IMG/VR virus record: IMGVR_UViG_3300037566_000016
Coordinates: 1 to 35,291 of that record
From: a virus
Lineage: Duplodnaviria > Caudoviricetes
Direction: 5' to 3' (one strand)
DNA length: 35,291 nt
The notes below the pieces were generated by a model that was given only the letters and a program-made list of their open reading frames with translations, made no database searches and was not told the DNA's origin. This document shows positions 17,863 to 27,007 of the stretch, one piece after another (the first letter of the stretch is position 1; each line of letters begins with the position of its first letter). The position numbers were made by a program, and so were the translations under genes.

Positions 17863-18053
17863 GCAGAAAGCCTGACAAGGTTCACTACCTGATTGTCGGC
17901 GTGCGGTTCGACAAGCCGATCACGCGCGCCGAGGCGGTCAAGGAGTTCCGCAACGAAGTGCATGGCACGTTCTACCCCGGTTCGTTCAGCGAGGCCGAGG
18001 AGATGAAGATCAAGAGCGTGAAATCCAACCCGATCAAGGAGTGGTGGCGATGA
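17859..18053 (+). CDS. Hypothetical protein
   Basis: ATGA coupling at both ends; 64 aa. Confidence 0.65.
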   Translation: MSRKPDKVHYLIVGVRFDKPITRAEAVKEFRNEVHGTFYPGSFSEAEEMKIKSVKSNPIKEWWR

Positions 18054-18496
18054 AAACCATCTGGCCGTCAAAGGGTCCGGACTTCAACAGTTGGAACGTC
18101 GAGTTCGCCCGGTTCATGAAAATCCTCGCAAGCGCCCGAAATGAGCGCTTCTGGGTGCATGACTGGAAGCTGAAATACCTCAACATCCGGGTAGACACGC
18201 GCGACAATGGCTTTTTGATCTTCGCCGATGCCGACAAGCCGGGTGACGAGCGAGAGCGTATCGATCCGCAGCGCGTTGTGGATGCGATCGAGGCAAACCG
18301 GGATCGCTATCCGCATCTCAAGCTCACCGAGCATGCAGTGATGACCGCTTATGCGGAGTATCTGCGCTTGAAGGTTCGCAGGATGAAGATTGAGAACACC
18401 CGTCAAGAAACACCCGAGGAGGCAGAAGAGCGTCTGGCGGCGACCGAAGCCTTCAACACCTTGGAACTTCAATATGAGGCGCAGTTCGTAAAATGA
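18050..18496 (+). CDS. Hypothetical protein
   Basis: ATGA overlap at 18050, RBS AAGGAG. Confidence 0.7.
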   Translation: MKTIWPSKGPDFNSWNVEFARFMKILASARNERFWVHDWKLKYLNIRVDTRDNGFLIFADADKPGDERERIDPQRVVDAIEANRDRYPHLKLTEHAVMTAYAEYLRLKVRRMKIENTRQETPEEAEERLAATEAFNTLELQYEAQFVK

Positions 18497-20433
18497 AATT
18501 TCCCAAGCTCGAAATCGAGAACTTCCTCGCCATCACCAAGGCCGAGATCAACCTTGCCGACCGTGGCCTGATCGCCATTCAAGGGCTCAACAAAGCGGAC
18601 ACATCCGCAGATAGCAACGGCGCCGGGAAATCCTCGATCGCTGATGCGCTGTGCTGGTGCTGGTTCGGCACCACTGCGCGCGGCGCGTCCGGTGATGACG
18701 TGATCAATAACACCGTCGGTAAAGGCTGCCGGGTCAGTTCCACCATCATCGATGGCGGGATCACCTACACCGCGACCCGGCACCGCAAGCACAAAACGGG
18801 CAAGAACAGCCTCAAGATCGTCATGCACGACGGTCTAACCGAAACCGATCTGACCAAAGGCACCGACAAGCTGACGCAGGAGGTCGCCAATCAGATCATC
18901 GGCTCATCCCTAGAGGTGTTCGCTGGCTCGATCTACGCAGGGCAAGAGAAGATGCCCGACCTTCCGGCCATGACCGACAAGGCGCTCAAGATGCTGATCG
19001 AAGAAGCCGCCGGCGTCACCCTGCTGGAGGATGCCTATAAGAAGGCGCGCGAAGGGGCTCAGTTGGCCGACACGCAGCACGCCAACGCTGTGGCCCTGGC
19101 TGATCGACACCGCGCCAGCAAGGCGCAGCTTGAGACCGCCCAGGCGACCAACAACATCAACATCAAGACCTGGGAGGATGACCGCACCGAGCGCGTCACA
19201 AACGCCGGGAAAGAGGTCACCGGGATCGTTACGGCGGTCAAGACTGTGGATCTGGAGATCAAGGCGTTTGATCCTGGTCGGCTGCTGATCGATATCAATG
19301 CCATCGACAAGAAGATCGCCGGCGTTGCGGATGAAAACACCAAGCTGGGCGAGTTGCAGGTGGCGGTCACCAAATGCACCGTTCAGCGTGATCTGGGTCA
19401 GAACAATGCGGCGCAGGAAGAAAAGATGCGCGCCTATTACGAGACGCAGATCGCGGCCAACGATAGCAAGCTGGGTGAGCCCTGCCCTACCTGCGCCCGT
19501 CCTCTGACAGCGGACGAACTTGCGGCCACAAAGTCGAGCCTGCAGGAGCAGCACGACGGACAGGTTGAAGCGATCAACAAGGCGCGGCGGTATGAGGCCG
19601 AATGGCAAACCAAGCTGGATGACGCCATCGCTGCGCGTGACCGGTTCAAGGCGGGCATGACCGATATCAGCGCCGAGCAGATGGAGCGGCAGCGTCTCGA
19701 CGGTCAGTATAAGGCCTATGAGGCCAAAGTGGCTGAACGCAACGTGCTGATGACCCGGGCCAAGGCGCTGAAAGAGAAGATCGAAACGCTCCGGGCTGAG
19801 GTCAATCCTTATGCGGCTGTCGCCGTGCAGCTCGAAAAGGATCTGGAGAAGATCCAGAAGGAGCTGGAGGATGCTGCTCTGCGCGTGAAAGCGGCTGAGA
19901 AGCAGGCCGAGGTCGAAAGAGAGGTTGTGCGCGTCTTTGCCCCGTCAGGCGTCCGTGCGCGCATCCTGGACGAGGTAACGCCGTTCCTGAACGCGCAGAC
20001 ATCGAAATACCTTTCGACGCTCAGCGACGGGAATATCGCCGCTACGTGGTCAACCCTGACCCCGGCTGCCAAGAAAGGCGAGTTCAAGGAGAAATTCTCT
20101 ATCGACGTGGCTAATGCCACAGGCGGCGGGTCGTTCAAAACGCTCTCCGGCGGTGAGAAACGTAAGGTGCGGATCTCCACGGCTCTGGCGCTGCAGGATC
20201 TGGTCGCAACGCGCGCCAGCAAGCCGATCGATCTGTTCATTGGCGACGAGATTGACGACGCGCTTGATCCGGCTGGTCTGGAGCGGCTGATGCTGATCCT
20301 CGATGAGAAGGCGAAAGAGCGCGGCTCGGTGTTCGTGATCAGCCACAACGAGCTGTCCGATCACATCCGCCAGACGCTGACCATCGAAAAGCTGCCCGGC
20401 GGTGAAACGAAAGTAACGGAGATGGTCGCATAA
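18493..20433 (+). CDS. sbcC: SbcC/Rad50-like SMC ATPase
   Basis: IENFLAI, Walker A SNGAGKSS, coiled coil with CPTC zinc hook, signature LSGGE, Walker B IGDEIDDALD, ISH. Confidence 0.93.
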   Translation: MKFPKLEIENFLAITKAEINLADRGLIAIQGLNKADTSADSNGAGKSSIADALCWCWFGTTARGASGDDVINNTVGKGCRVSSTIIDGGITYTATRHRKHKTGKNSLKIVMHDGLTETDLTKGTDKLTQEVANQIIGSSLEVFAGSIYAGQEKMPDLPAMTDKALKMLIEEAAGVTLLEDAYKKAREGAQLADTQHANAVALADRHRASKAQLETAQATNNINIKTWEDDRTERVTNAGKEVTGIVTAVKTVDLEIKAFDPGRLLIDINAIDKKIAGVADENTKLGELQVAVTKCTVQRDLGQNNAAQEEKMRAYYETQIAANDSKLGEPCPTCARPLTADELAATKSSLQEQHDGQVEAINKARRYEAEWQTKLDDAIAARDRFKAGMTDISAEQMERQRLDGQYKAYEAKVAERNVLMTRAKALKEKIETLRAEVNPYAAVAVQLEKDLEKIQKELEDAALRVKAAEKQAEVEREVVRVFAPSGVRARILDEVTPFLNAQTSKYLSTLSDGNIAATWSTLTPAAKKGEFKEKFSIDVANATGGGSFKTLSGGEKRKVRISTALALQDLVATRASKPIDLFIGDEIDDALDPAGLERLMLILDEKAKERGSVFVISHNELSDHIRQTLTIEKLPGGETKVTEMVA

Positions 20434-20450
20434 GCGACCATTCCCTTTCC
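20422..20450 (+). terminator. Hairpin with the sbcC stop codon in its loop
   Basis: ATGGTCGC-ATAA-GCGACCAT followed by TCCCTTTCC. Confidence 0.5.
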
Positions 20451-20499
20451 CGCGTCACCCCTTTTTATTTCTGCTATAATGTAAGTAATCACTTACAAC
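20446..20499 (+). promoter_or_regulatory. Phage-type promoter plus operator
   Basis: TTTCCC/CACCCC...TGCTATAAT(20472-20480) then TAAGTAAT-CA-CTTACAAC (20482-20499). Confidence 0.8.
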
Positions 20500-20512
20500 A
20501 CAGGAGACACAT

Positions 20513-21037
20513 ATGCCGCGACTAAGTGACTTGTCTCAGGCACAGATCGACCTGCTGGAGGAAGTCGGCAAGGAGATCGTTGAGGCGCTCAAAGATGTTC
20601 CGTTGGAAGTCGAAGGAACGCCAAAAGCGACGCTGAAATACCCGGATGGTGGCTACAAGGTGAAGCCGCTGCCGCCCGGCGTGAACTTCTTCTTCGCCAG
20701 CTCCTATCTCGGCAAGAAAGGCGAAGTGATCTTCGCTCTGTCGCCGGAGGATGCGCAGGACTTCGAGTTGACCGAGTTCTCATACAAAGCCGTGGATACG
20801 GTGTTTCCTCTGGCCGGGGCTGAGCTCGTTAAGGCGATGGAGCTTGTCTTCTCGAAAGACGGTGATCGGGTCGATGTATCCTCTATCGCCGGTGATGTTG
20901 AGCGGATGTTCACCACGGAGGAAAACTTCAAAGCCCTGTTTGACATGCTTGTTATCAGCAATGCCAACGCTGCCGCAGACGCCGCGTCCCGCGCGCAGGC
21001 CGAATACAAATCTGACCCTAACTATGGAATGTTTTGA
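20513..21037 (+). CDS. Hypothetical protein
   Basis: RBS AGGAG; 174 aa. Confidence 0.78.
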   Translation: MPRLSDLSQAQIDLLEEVGKEIVEALKDVPLEVEGTPKATLKYPDGGYKVKPLPPGVNFFFASSYLGKKGEVIFALSPEDAQDFELTEFSYKAVDTVFPLAGAELVKAMELVFSKDGDRVDVSSIAGDVERMFTTEENFKALFDMLVISNANAAADAASRAQAEYKSDPNYGMF

Positions 21038-21609
21038 TGAGAAAGATCCGCATCGCCGGCCTGGACGGCTCAAAGTCCAATTTCGGCATCTCTCTGCTTG
21101 ACCTCGATCTCGACACGATGGAATTGTCCGTCGTCGATCTGATCCTGGCTAAGACCGAAAAGGACAAGAACAAGCAGGTTCGCAAAAGCTCCGACAACCT
21201 GCGCCGTGCCCAGGAAGTAATGGCTCAGCTGCGCCCTGCCCTAAAAGGTTGTGTCAGTGCTTTCATCGAAGTGCCGTCCGGCGGCCAGTCCTATGACGCG
21301 GTGCTGGGCTTTGGCATTGTGATCGGTCTCTACGCATCCATCGAAATTCCGGTGGTCGAGGTTTCCCCGTCCGAGACGAAACTGGCTGCCGTTGGCACCA
21401 AGACCGCCTCGAAGGAAGAGATGATCGAGTGGGCGATGGAGAAGTTTCCGGACGCGCCGTGGCGCATGCGCAAGCTCAAGGGTGAAATGGTCCCGACAAA
21501 GGACAACGAGCACCTGGCTGATGGCGTTGCAATCGCTCACGCTGGCCTGAAAGTGCCGAGCTTTCAGCAGACCTTGGCCATCCTGCAGGCGAACGCTCTG
21601 GCTGCGTAA
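21037..21609 (+). CDS. ruvC: RuvC-like Holliday junction resolvase
   Basis: IAGLDGS, AFIEVP, VSPSETKLAAVGTKTASKEEM, EHLADGVAIA; TGATG overlap. Confidence 0.85.
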   Translation: MRKIRIAGLDGSKSNFGISLLDLDLDTMELSVVDLILAKTEKDKNKQVRKSSDNLRRAQEVMAQLRPALKGCVSAFIEVPSGGQSYDAVLGFGIVIGLYASIEIPVVEVSPSETKLAAVGTKTASKEEMIEWAMEKFPDAPWRMRKLKGEMVPTKDNEHLADGVAIAHAGLKVPSFQQTLAILQANALAA

Positions 21610-21623
21610 TCTTTCATTTGGGT

Positions 21624-21652
21624 TTGACTATAAGTAATTACTTACTTATAAG
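21624..21652 (+). promoter_or_regulatory. Sigma70-type promoter with the operator in the spacer
   Basis: TTGACT(21624-21629)-N17-TATAAG(21647-21652); TAAGTAAT-TA-CTTACTTA (21631-21648). Confidence 0.85.
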
Positions 21653-21686
21653 AGACACCCCGCAACATCTGGTAGGACACCAATAC

Positions 21687-24158
21687 ATGAACACCGATAT
21701 CGTGGCTCGGAGCTACTTTCCGGGCATGGGCGAAGCTGTCGCTGATCGCACCGTAAACCGCCGAATTCTGACCGAAAACCAGCGCGAAGCGCTACCCGAC
21801 ACCCTGATCCTGAACGACAATGATCCGCTCTATGTCGTGTGGAAGAACGCCGCCGACCTGTCCGAATACCCGGTCGAGGTCAGCGACAAAGCCAAATTCA
21901 TGACCGCTGAGCCTGAATTGCGCACCGAAACCTGGGCAGATGTTGCTGAGCGGGTTGCGCGCGGAAACACCGAGCTGGTGGATGATGCACAGTCTGACCT
22001 GACCCCGATGCGCCGCCTGGTCGCAAAAGGCGCTCTGCTGATGTCCGGCCGCCATTTGCAGCACACCGATGGCAATCTGAAAAACCGTCCGATGGAAGTT
22101 GTGACCAACTGTTCGTCGTCGGCTGCAACCTTCATCCTGTTCTACCTGCTGCTGAACGGCTCCGGTGTTGGCCGTGCCTATGACGACGCGATGATGAAGG
22201 TCGACTGGCGCAATATGCCGGACGTGCATGTGGTCATTGATGAGGATTACGAGGATCGCTGGCGTGACGATCCCAATTCGGGCGCGAAATCCATTCCGGA
22301 AACCAGCCGGATCGGTGATCAGTTCAAATCCGCAGACTACGTGCTGAAGGCGCTGGAAAACACTGAGCACAAAGTCACCTATTTCCGTGTTCCCGACAGC
22401 CGTGGCGGCTGGGCCAAGGCGCTCGAAATCCTCGAACGCATGACCTACGAGAACCGCTCGGATGAGGTTCTGGTGCTCGACTTCTCGGATGTGCGCCCTT
22501 ACGGCAGCCCGATCCGCGGTATGCAGAACCGTCCGTCTTCCGGCCCCGGCCCTCTGATGAACGCCATCGCGCAAATCGCCGAGATCCGCCACATGAACCT
22601 CGATCCGTGGGAAGCGACCATGCACGTCGATCACCACGCGGCTCAGTGTGTTCTGGTTGGTGGTGCGCGGCGCGCGGCTCGTATGGCAACCAAGACCTGG
22701 CGCGACAAGAACGTGTTCGGCTTCATCCGCTTCAAATCGGAAAGCGGCTTCTGGACCTCGAACAACTCGGTCACGATTGACCAGGAATTCCGGGATCGCT
22801 GCGCCAAGGTCGCTGAAAAGGTCCGGACATTCTTCTACAAGCCGAATGCGGCTCCGGATCAGCTGATCGATGCGGCAGAACAGCTTGCGGCCTCTGGTCG
22901 TTTGGATGAGATGGATCTGCACGCCTGGAAAGTGCTGATCGCCATTGCTGACGCCTCCTATCACGATGGCACCGGTGAGCCGGGCATCATCAACCAGGAC
23001 CGTCTGCACTCCAACGATGAAGGCATCGAGACCTATATCGATGGCCTGTTTGCCGGGTCGCGCGACTTCCAGATGGACGACGCCACGCTGCCGCTGATGC
23101 AGGCCCTTGCGAAAGAGGTTGTTGGTCTCACCTACACGATGATTACCAACCCCTGCGGTGAGATCACTCTGCTGATGCTGGGCGCTTACTGTGTGATCGC
23201 GGACGTGGTTCCGTTCCATGCAGACAGCGACGACGAGGCCGAGGAGGCGTTCCGCATGGCTGTGCGCGCTCTGATGCGGACCAACACGATGGACTGCCTC
23301 TACAGCCGCGAAGTCAAGCGCACCAACCGGATCGGCGTCGGCATGACCGGCTTCCATGAATGGGCCTATGACCGCTTTGGTTTCACCTGGCACGATCTGA
23401 TCGACGAGGTGAAGTCGCGTGAATTGTGGCTGATGGTGTCGCGCTTCAAACGTGCGGTCTCGGATGAGGCGCGCAAATACGCTGAAATCCTGGGCGTTGC
23501 AGTGCCGCACACGGACTCCACGTTCAAACCGGCTGGCACCACCTCGAAGCTCTTTGGTGTGACCGAAGGCGCGCACCTGCCCTCGATGCGCTGGTTCCTG
23601 CGCTGGGTGCAGTTCCGTCTGGATGATCCGCTTGTCGCTGAATACGAGAGCCGCGGCTACCCGGTGCGGCGCGATCTGAAGGATTACGCTGGCATGGCAA
23701 TCGTGGGCTTCCCCACGGCTCCCGCGATCTGTGAGCTGGGTGATGGCGAATGGGTTGTGACCGCTGCCGAAGCCACTCCGGCTGAGCAGTATCAGTTCCT
23801 GCGCCTGTTGGAGAAATACTGGATTCGTGGCGTCGATGAGGATGGCGATACGCCCCTGCCCGACACTGGCAACCAGATCTCCTACACCATGAAGTATGAT
23901 CCGGCGGTTGTGGACTTCGAGCACTTCCTCGGGACGCTGATGGATGGCCAGTTCTCCATCAAGTGCTGCTCGGTGATGCCGCAGATCGACACCACGGCGT
24001 TTGAATACCAGCCGGAGGAGCCGATCAGCCACGAGCTGTATCAGGATCTGATGGGCATGATCACGCATGGCGAGATCAAAGAGGATATCGGGGTCGAGCA
24101 TATCGACTGTGGTGCCGGAGCCTGCCCGGTGGACTTCTCAGACGAGAAAGCCGCGTAA
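21687..24158 (+). CDS. nrdJ: Class II (adenosylcobalamin-dependent) ribonucleotide reductase
   Basis: MSGRHL, TNC, GSGVG, GGARRAA, TNPCGEI, RIGVGMTG, KPAGTTSK, C-terminal CGAGACP; no nrdB nearby. Start moved to ATG 21687. Confidence 0.9.
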   Translation: MNTDIVARSYFPGMGEAVADRTVNRRILTENQREALPDTLILNDNDPLYVVWKNAADLSEYPVEVSDKAKFMTAEPELRTETWADVAERVARGNTELVDDAQSDLTPMRRLVAKGALLMSGRHLQHTDGNLKNRPMEVVTNCSSSAATFILFYLLLNGSGVGRAYDDAMMKVDWRNMPDVHVVIDEDYEDRWRDDPNSGAKSIPETSRIGDQFKSADYVLKALENTEHKVTYFRVPDSRGGWAKALEILERMTYENRSDEVLVLDFSDVRPYGSPIRGMQNRPSSGPGPLMNAIAQIAEIRHMNLDPWEATMHVDHHAAQCVLVGGARRAARMATKTWRDKNVFGFIRFKSESGFWTSNNSVTIDQEFRDRCAKVAEKVRTFFYKPNAAPDQLIDAAEQLAASGRLDEMDLHAWKVLIAIADASYHDGTGEPGIINQDRLHSNDEGIETYIDGLFAGSRDFQMDDATLPLMQALAKEVVGLTYTMITNPCGEITLLMLGAYCVIADVVPFHADSDDEAEEAFRMAVRALMRTNTMDCLYSREVKRTNRIGVGMTGFHEWAYDRFGFTWHDLIDEVKSRELWLMVSRFKRAVSDEARKYAEILGVAVPHTDSTFKPAGTTSKLFGVTEGAHLPSMRWFLRWVQFRLDDPLVAEYESRGYPVRRDLKDYAGMAIVGFPTAPAICELGDGEWVVTAAEATPAEQYQFLRLLEKYWIRGVDEDGDTPLPDTGNQISYTMKYDPAVVDFEHFLGTLMDGQFSIKCCSVMPQIDTTAFEYQPEEPISHELYQDLMGMITHGEIKEDIGVEHIDCGAGACPVDFSDEKAA

Positions 24159-24165
24159 CGCAAAC

Positions 24166-24188
24166 AGGGGTCGCCACGCGCGGCCCCT
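24166..24188 (+). other. GC-rich hairpin between nrdJ and glutaredoxin
   Basis: AGGGGTCGC-CACGC-GCGGCCCCT; no U tract. Confidence 0.45.
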
Positions 24189-24205
24189 ATCATCTTGGAG
24201 GAACC

Positions 24206-24454
24206 ATGTTCGAAATCATCTCAACCGAGACCTGCGAGTTCTGCAAAAAGGCGAAAGCGCGGCTGGAAAGCCTTGGGCTCGAATATCGTGAAAGCCTGTT
24301 GGACACCCCGGAGAAGCAGCACAGCTTCAGGGAGGCTGGGTTCAAAACAGTGCCGCAAATCTATCACAACGGATCGCTTATTGGTGGATTTAACGACCTT
24401 GTGCGCTGGCTGGTCGTCAACCCTCAGAAGCCGCATTTCGTTGACAAAAACTAA
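24206..24454 (+). CDS. Glutaredoxin / NrdH-like redoxin
   Basis: CEFC, TVPQIY, IGGF; RBS GGAGG. Confidence 0.9.
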   Translation: MFEIISTETCEFCKKAKARLESLGLEYRESLLDTPEKQHSFREAGFKTVPQIYHNGSLIGGFNDLVRWLVVNPQKPHFVDKN

Positions 24455-24474
24455 CTAAGTAAGTATTTACTTAG
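24441..24474 (+). promoter_or_regulatory. Sigma70-type promoter plus operator
   Basis: TTGACA(24441-24446)-N17-TATTTA; CTAAGTAAG-TA-TTTACTTAG (24455-24474). Confidence 0.8.
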
Positions 24475-24508
24475 AAGATAGAAATTCCCAGTCTGGAGAA
24501 AGAGAGAC

Positions 24509-25252
24509 ATGACCCATCGTAACGACTACGTGCCGAAAGAATTCGGCACGGCACCGCTTGGTGCGATCCGCAACGGCCGCCTTGGTGAGCCCAAGGTGTT
24601 CACCCGTGGTGGCCAGCCCTTCAAATACGAGATTGAATTCTCAAACCGCCTTTCGGTTGGTGACACGATCATGGTCAATGGCGTGGTCTGGACGATGATC
24701 GCAAACGGCGCGACACCTTCCGGAAATGAAATCGCTCTGGGTGCTGCCACTGTTGCGGATGACGCAAATGCTGTCCGGAACGCCCTTATGATCCCTCTGG
24801 GGCAAGCCGGTTATATTGTTCAAAATGCCAACCCGAGCGGTTCGACCTGGCAGTTGAAATTTGAGCGGAACGACAACATCCCCTTTGATGCAAGCCAGCA
24901 CCTGGTGAGCATTGCAAATGGCGCGACCGTCACTCTTACTCAGCAAGGCTACATCGAGCCTATGATCGAGGGTGATACCTGCAACTTCATTCTGACCCCG
25001 GATGACTCGCTTGCGGTTCAGCAGGTGTTCTTCCTGCCCGATGGTATGGAGTTTGAACAACGGGTGATCTCGATGTCGAAACTCGGTCGTCCGTGCGAGA
25101 TCCGCTCGATGAACGACAACATCGATGGCGGCACCTCTCTGTTGCTCTCCAACCGGACCCACTTCGCGGTGCTTCAGTTCCTGGGCGGCGTTTGGCGTGT
25201 CATCGCCTCCGCACCTACCGTTCTGCAATCCGGCGGTGGCGAAGAGGCCTAA
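24509..25252 (+). CDS. Hypothetical beta-rich protein, virion-accessory-like
   Basis: 247 aa; GDTIMVNGVVWTMIANGATPSGNEIALGAT segment; own promoter and terminator. Confidence 0.75.
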   Translation: MTHRNDYVPKEFGTAPLGAIRNGRLGEPKVFTRGGQPFKYEIEFSNRLSVGDTIMVNGVVWTMIANGATPSGNEIALGAATVADDANAVRNALMIPLGQAGYIVQNANPSGSTWQLKFERNDNIPFDASQHLVSIANGATVTLTQQGYIEPMIEGDTCNFILTPDDSLAVQQVFFLPDGMEFEQRVISMSKLGRPCEIRSMNDNIDGGTSLLLSNRTHFAVLQFLGGVWRVIASAPTVLQSGGGEEA

Positions 25253-25278
25253 TCTCCAGATCCTCATGAAAGGGAACT

Positions 25279-25310
25279 GGGCGGGATCACTCCCGCCCTT
25301 TCTTTTTTTT
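25279..25310 (+). terminator. Rho-independent terminator
   Basis: GGGCGGGA-TCAC-TCCCGCCC followed by TTTCTTTTTTTT. Confidence 0.92.
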
Positions 25311-25324
25311 GTCAGGTGAAAGCG

Positions 25325-25368
25325 CGTCCCGTCGAACTTTCGCTATAATGTAAGTAACAGCTTATCTC
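25325..25368 (+). promoter_or_regulatory. Phage-type promoter plus degenerate operator
   Basis: CGTCCC-N11-GCTATAATG then TAAGTAAC-AG-CTTATCTC (25351-25368). Confidence 0.75.
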
Positions 25369-25382
25369 ACAAAGGAAGATCG

Positions 25383-26348
25383 ATGCCGTTCGATATCGTC
25401 AATGAAAACAAGGTCTACACGCACCCCGGCCAGGAGCAGATGCAGGTCGAGGTGATCTTGGCCTCGCGCCACGCCGACATGCCGAATGAAAAGCCGCTCT
25501 ACACGGTTCGGCTGCGTTATCCGCGCATCATTCACGGCGAGATCATGACACACCGGGTCTTCGGACGTAATGCGCGCAGCTCCCGTGCGGTTCCGGTCAA
25601 GACGATGCTGAACGAGGTTCGCAACACACCGTTTGTTCCGTGGCACTGGGGTAAGAACCAGAAAGGCATGCAGGCTGATGAGGAGTGTAACGCCTCGGTG
25701 ATTGACTGGACCATCTTTGATGGGACACTCGATAGGGTGAACGCCTGGTGTCAAGCGGCGACACAGGCTGCCAGTGCTGCGGCAGCCTTCATGGACGCCG
25801 GCTATCACAAGCAGCTTGTAAACCGCCTGCTGGAGCCGTTTTCGTGGATCGACGTGCTGATCACCTCGAACCGCTGGGACAATTTTCTGTGGCTGCGCGA
25901 TCACGGCGATGCAGAGCCGCACCTGCAGGATCTGGCCCGGCTGGTGAAGCGGGCGCTGGATGAGGCGGTGGTTCATGAGTTGGACGAGGGTATGTGGCAC
26001 ATGCCTTACATCACCGAAGCGGATGAAAAAGAGGCGCTTACCCGTTTCAATGTCGTTTCGCAGAAGGAAGCGGACCTGGCAAATGAATGGCTCAACAAAC
26101 TGAGCGCCGCGCGCTGTGCTCGGATCAGCTACAAGCCGTTCGATGGTGACGCCTCCTATGAGCGCGAAATCGAGCGCTACAACCTGCTGGTGACCTCTGA
26201 GCGCGTCCATGCGTCACCGCTGGAACATCAGGCTATGCCGGATCGGTTTGTCGATGATGCGTATTGGGAATTCCCCGAGCTGCACGGCAACCTGCCCGGC
26301 TGGTGCCAGGCCCGGAAATTCGTCCCGAACGAGTGTCACAATGGCTGA
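25383..26348 (+). CDS. thyX: Flavin-dependent thymidylate synthase, phage type
   Basis: YPRIIHGEIMTHRVFGRNARSSRA (THR-X7-S variant of RHR-X7-S), HKQLVNRLLEPF, NFLWLR, ARCARISY, HASPLEH. Confidence 0.85.
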   Translation: MPFDIVNENKVYTHPGQEQMQVEVILASRHADMPNEKPLYTVRLRYPRIIHGEIMTHRVFGRNARSSRAVPVKTMLNEVRNTPFVPWHWGKNQKGMQADEECNASVIDWTIFDGTLDRVNAWCQAATQAASAAAAFMDAGYHKQLVNRLLEPFSWIDVLITSNRWDNFLWLRDHGDAEPHLQDLARLVKRALDEAVVHELDEGMWHMPYITEADEKEALTRFNVVSQKEADLANEWLNKLSAARCARISYKPFDGDASYEREIERYNLLVTSERVHASPLEHQAMPDRFVDDAYWEFPELHGNLPGWCQARKFVPNECHNG

Positions 26349-26556
26349 TGATCGCACCATCGCAACCTGCGACATCAAATATGAAGCCAATGGGCCGAGA
26401 GGTCCGGGCTTCTACTACACCATCATCGATGGCGAAGAAGAATCCGATTTGATTGGTCCTTTTCTGGATCACTTCGAGGCGGAAAAGAGTTTCACGGCAG
26501 CGATGCAAACCGCTGCCGAGGAAATGATCAAGCAACACCTTGGACTGGAAGACTGA
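26341..26556 (+). CDS. Hypothetical protein
   Basis: ATG 26341 overlapping the thyX end; 71 aa, acidic. Confidence 0.6.
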   Translation: MADDRTIATCDIKYEANGPRGPGFYYTIIDGEEESDLIGPFLDHFEAEKSFTAAMQTAAEEMIKQHLGLED

Positions 26557-26557
26557 A

Positions 26558-27007
26558 ATGACCAAGACCATCAAATTCAAAGCCCTGCGTGACGGAGCCC
26601 AACTGCCGAAATACGGCACAGCAATGGCGGCAGGCGCTGATCTGCATGCTTGTGTGACCGAGCCGATCATTCTGGAGCCGGGCATGCGCGTTATCGTTCA
26701 GACCGGTCTGGCGATTGAGTTGCCCGAGGGCTTCGAGGCTCAGGTTCGTCCGCGCTCTGGCATCGCCATTAAAAACGGCGTCACCGTGCTGAACGCGCCT
26801 GGCACCATCGACGCGGACTACCGCGGCGAGATTGGCGTCATGCTGCTGAACTGCGGTGAGAACAACTTCACCATCGCACATGGCGACCGCATCGCGCAGA
26901 TGGTCATCGCTTACGCGCCGCAGTTCAATTTCACCTGGGCGGATGAGGAGCTGACCGAGACCGCGCGCGGTGAAGGCGGCTATGGCTCGACCGGAGTGTC
27001 TGCATGA
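26558..27007 (+). CDS. dut: dUTPase (trimeric)
   Basis: AGADL, RPRSG, GTIDADYRGEI, DRIAQ, RGEGGYGSTG. Confidence 0.97.
   Translation: MTKTIKFKALRDGAQLPKYGTAMAAGADLHACVTEPIILEPGMRVIVQTGLAIELPEGFEAQVRPRSGIAIKNGVTVLNAPGTIDADYRGEIGVMLLNCGENNFTIAHGDRIAQMVIAYAPQFNFTWADEELTETARGEGGYGSTGVSA

Noticed and set aside
21792-24101. 769-aa minus-strand ORF (also 1718-3013 and 31744-33645)
   Set aside because: Antisense shadows of GC-biased real genes with no recognisable motifs
4158-24158. Inteins or introns in dnaE, recA or nrdJ
   Set aside because: Conserved motifs are contiguous, lengths are normal, and no intein or LAGLIDADG signatures are seen
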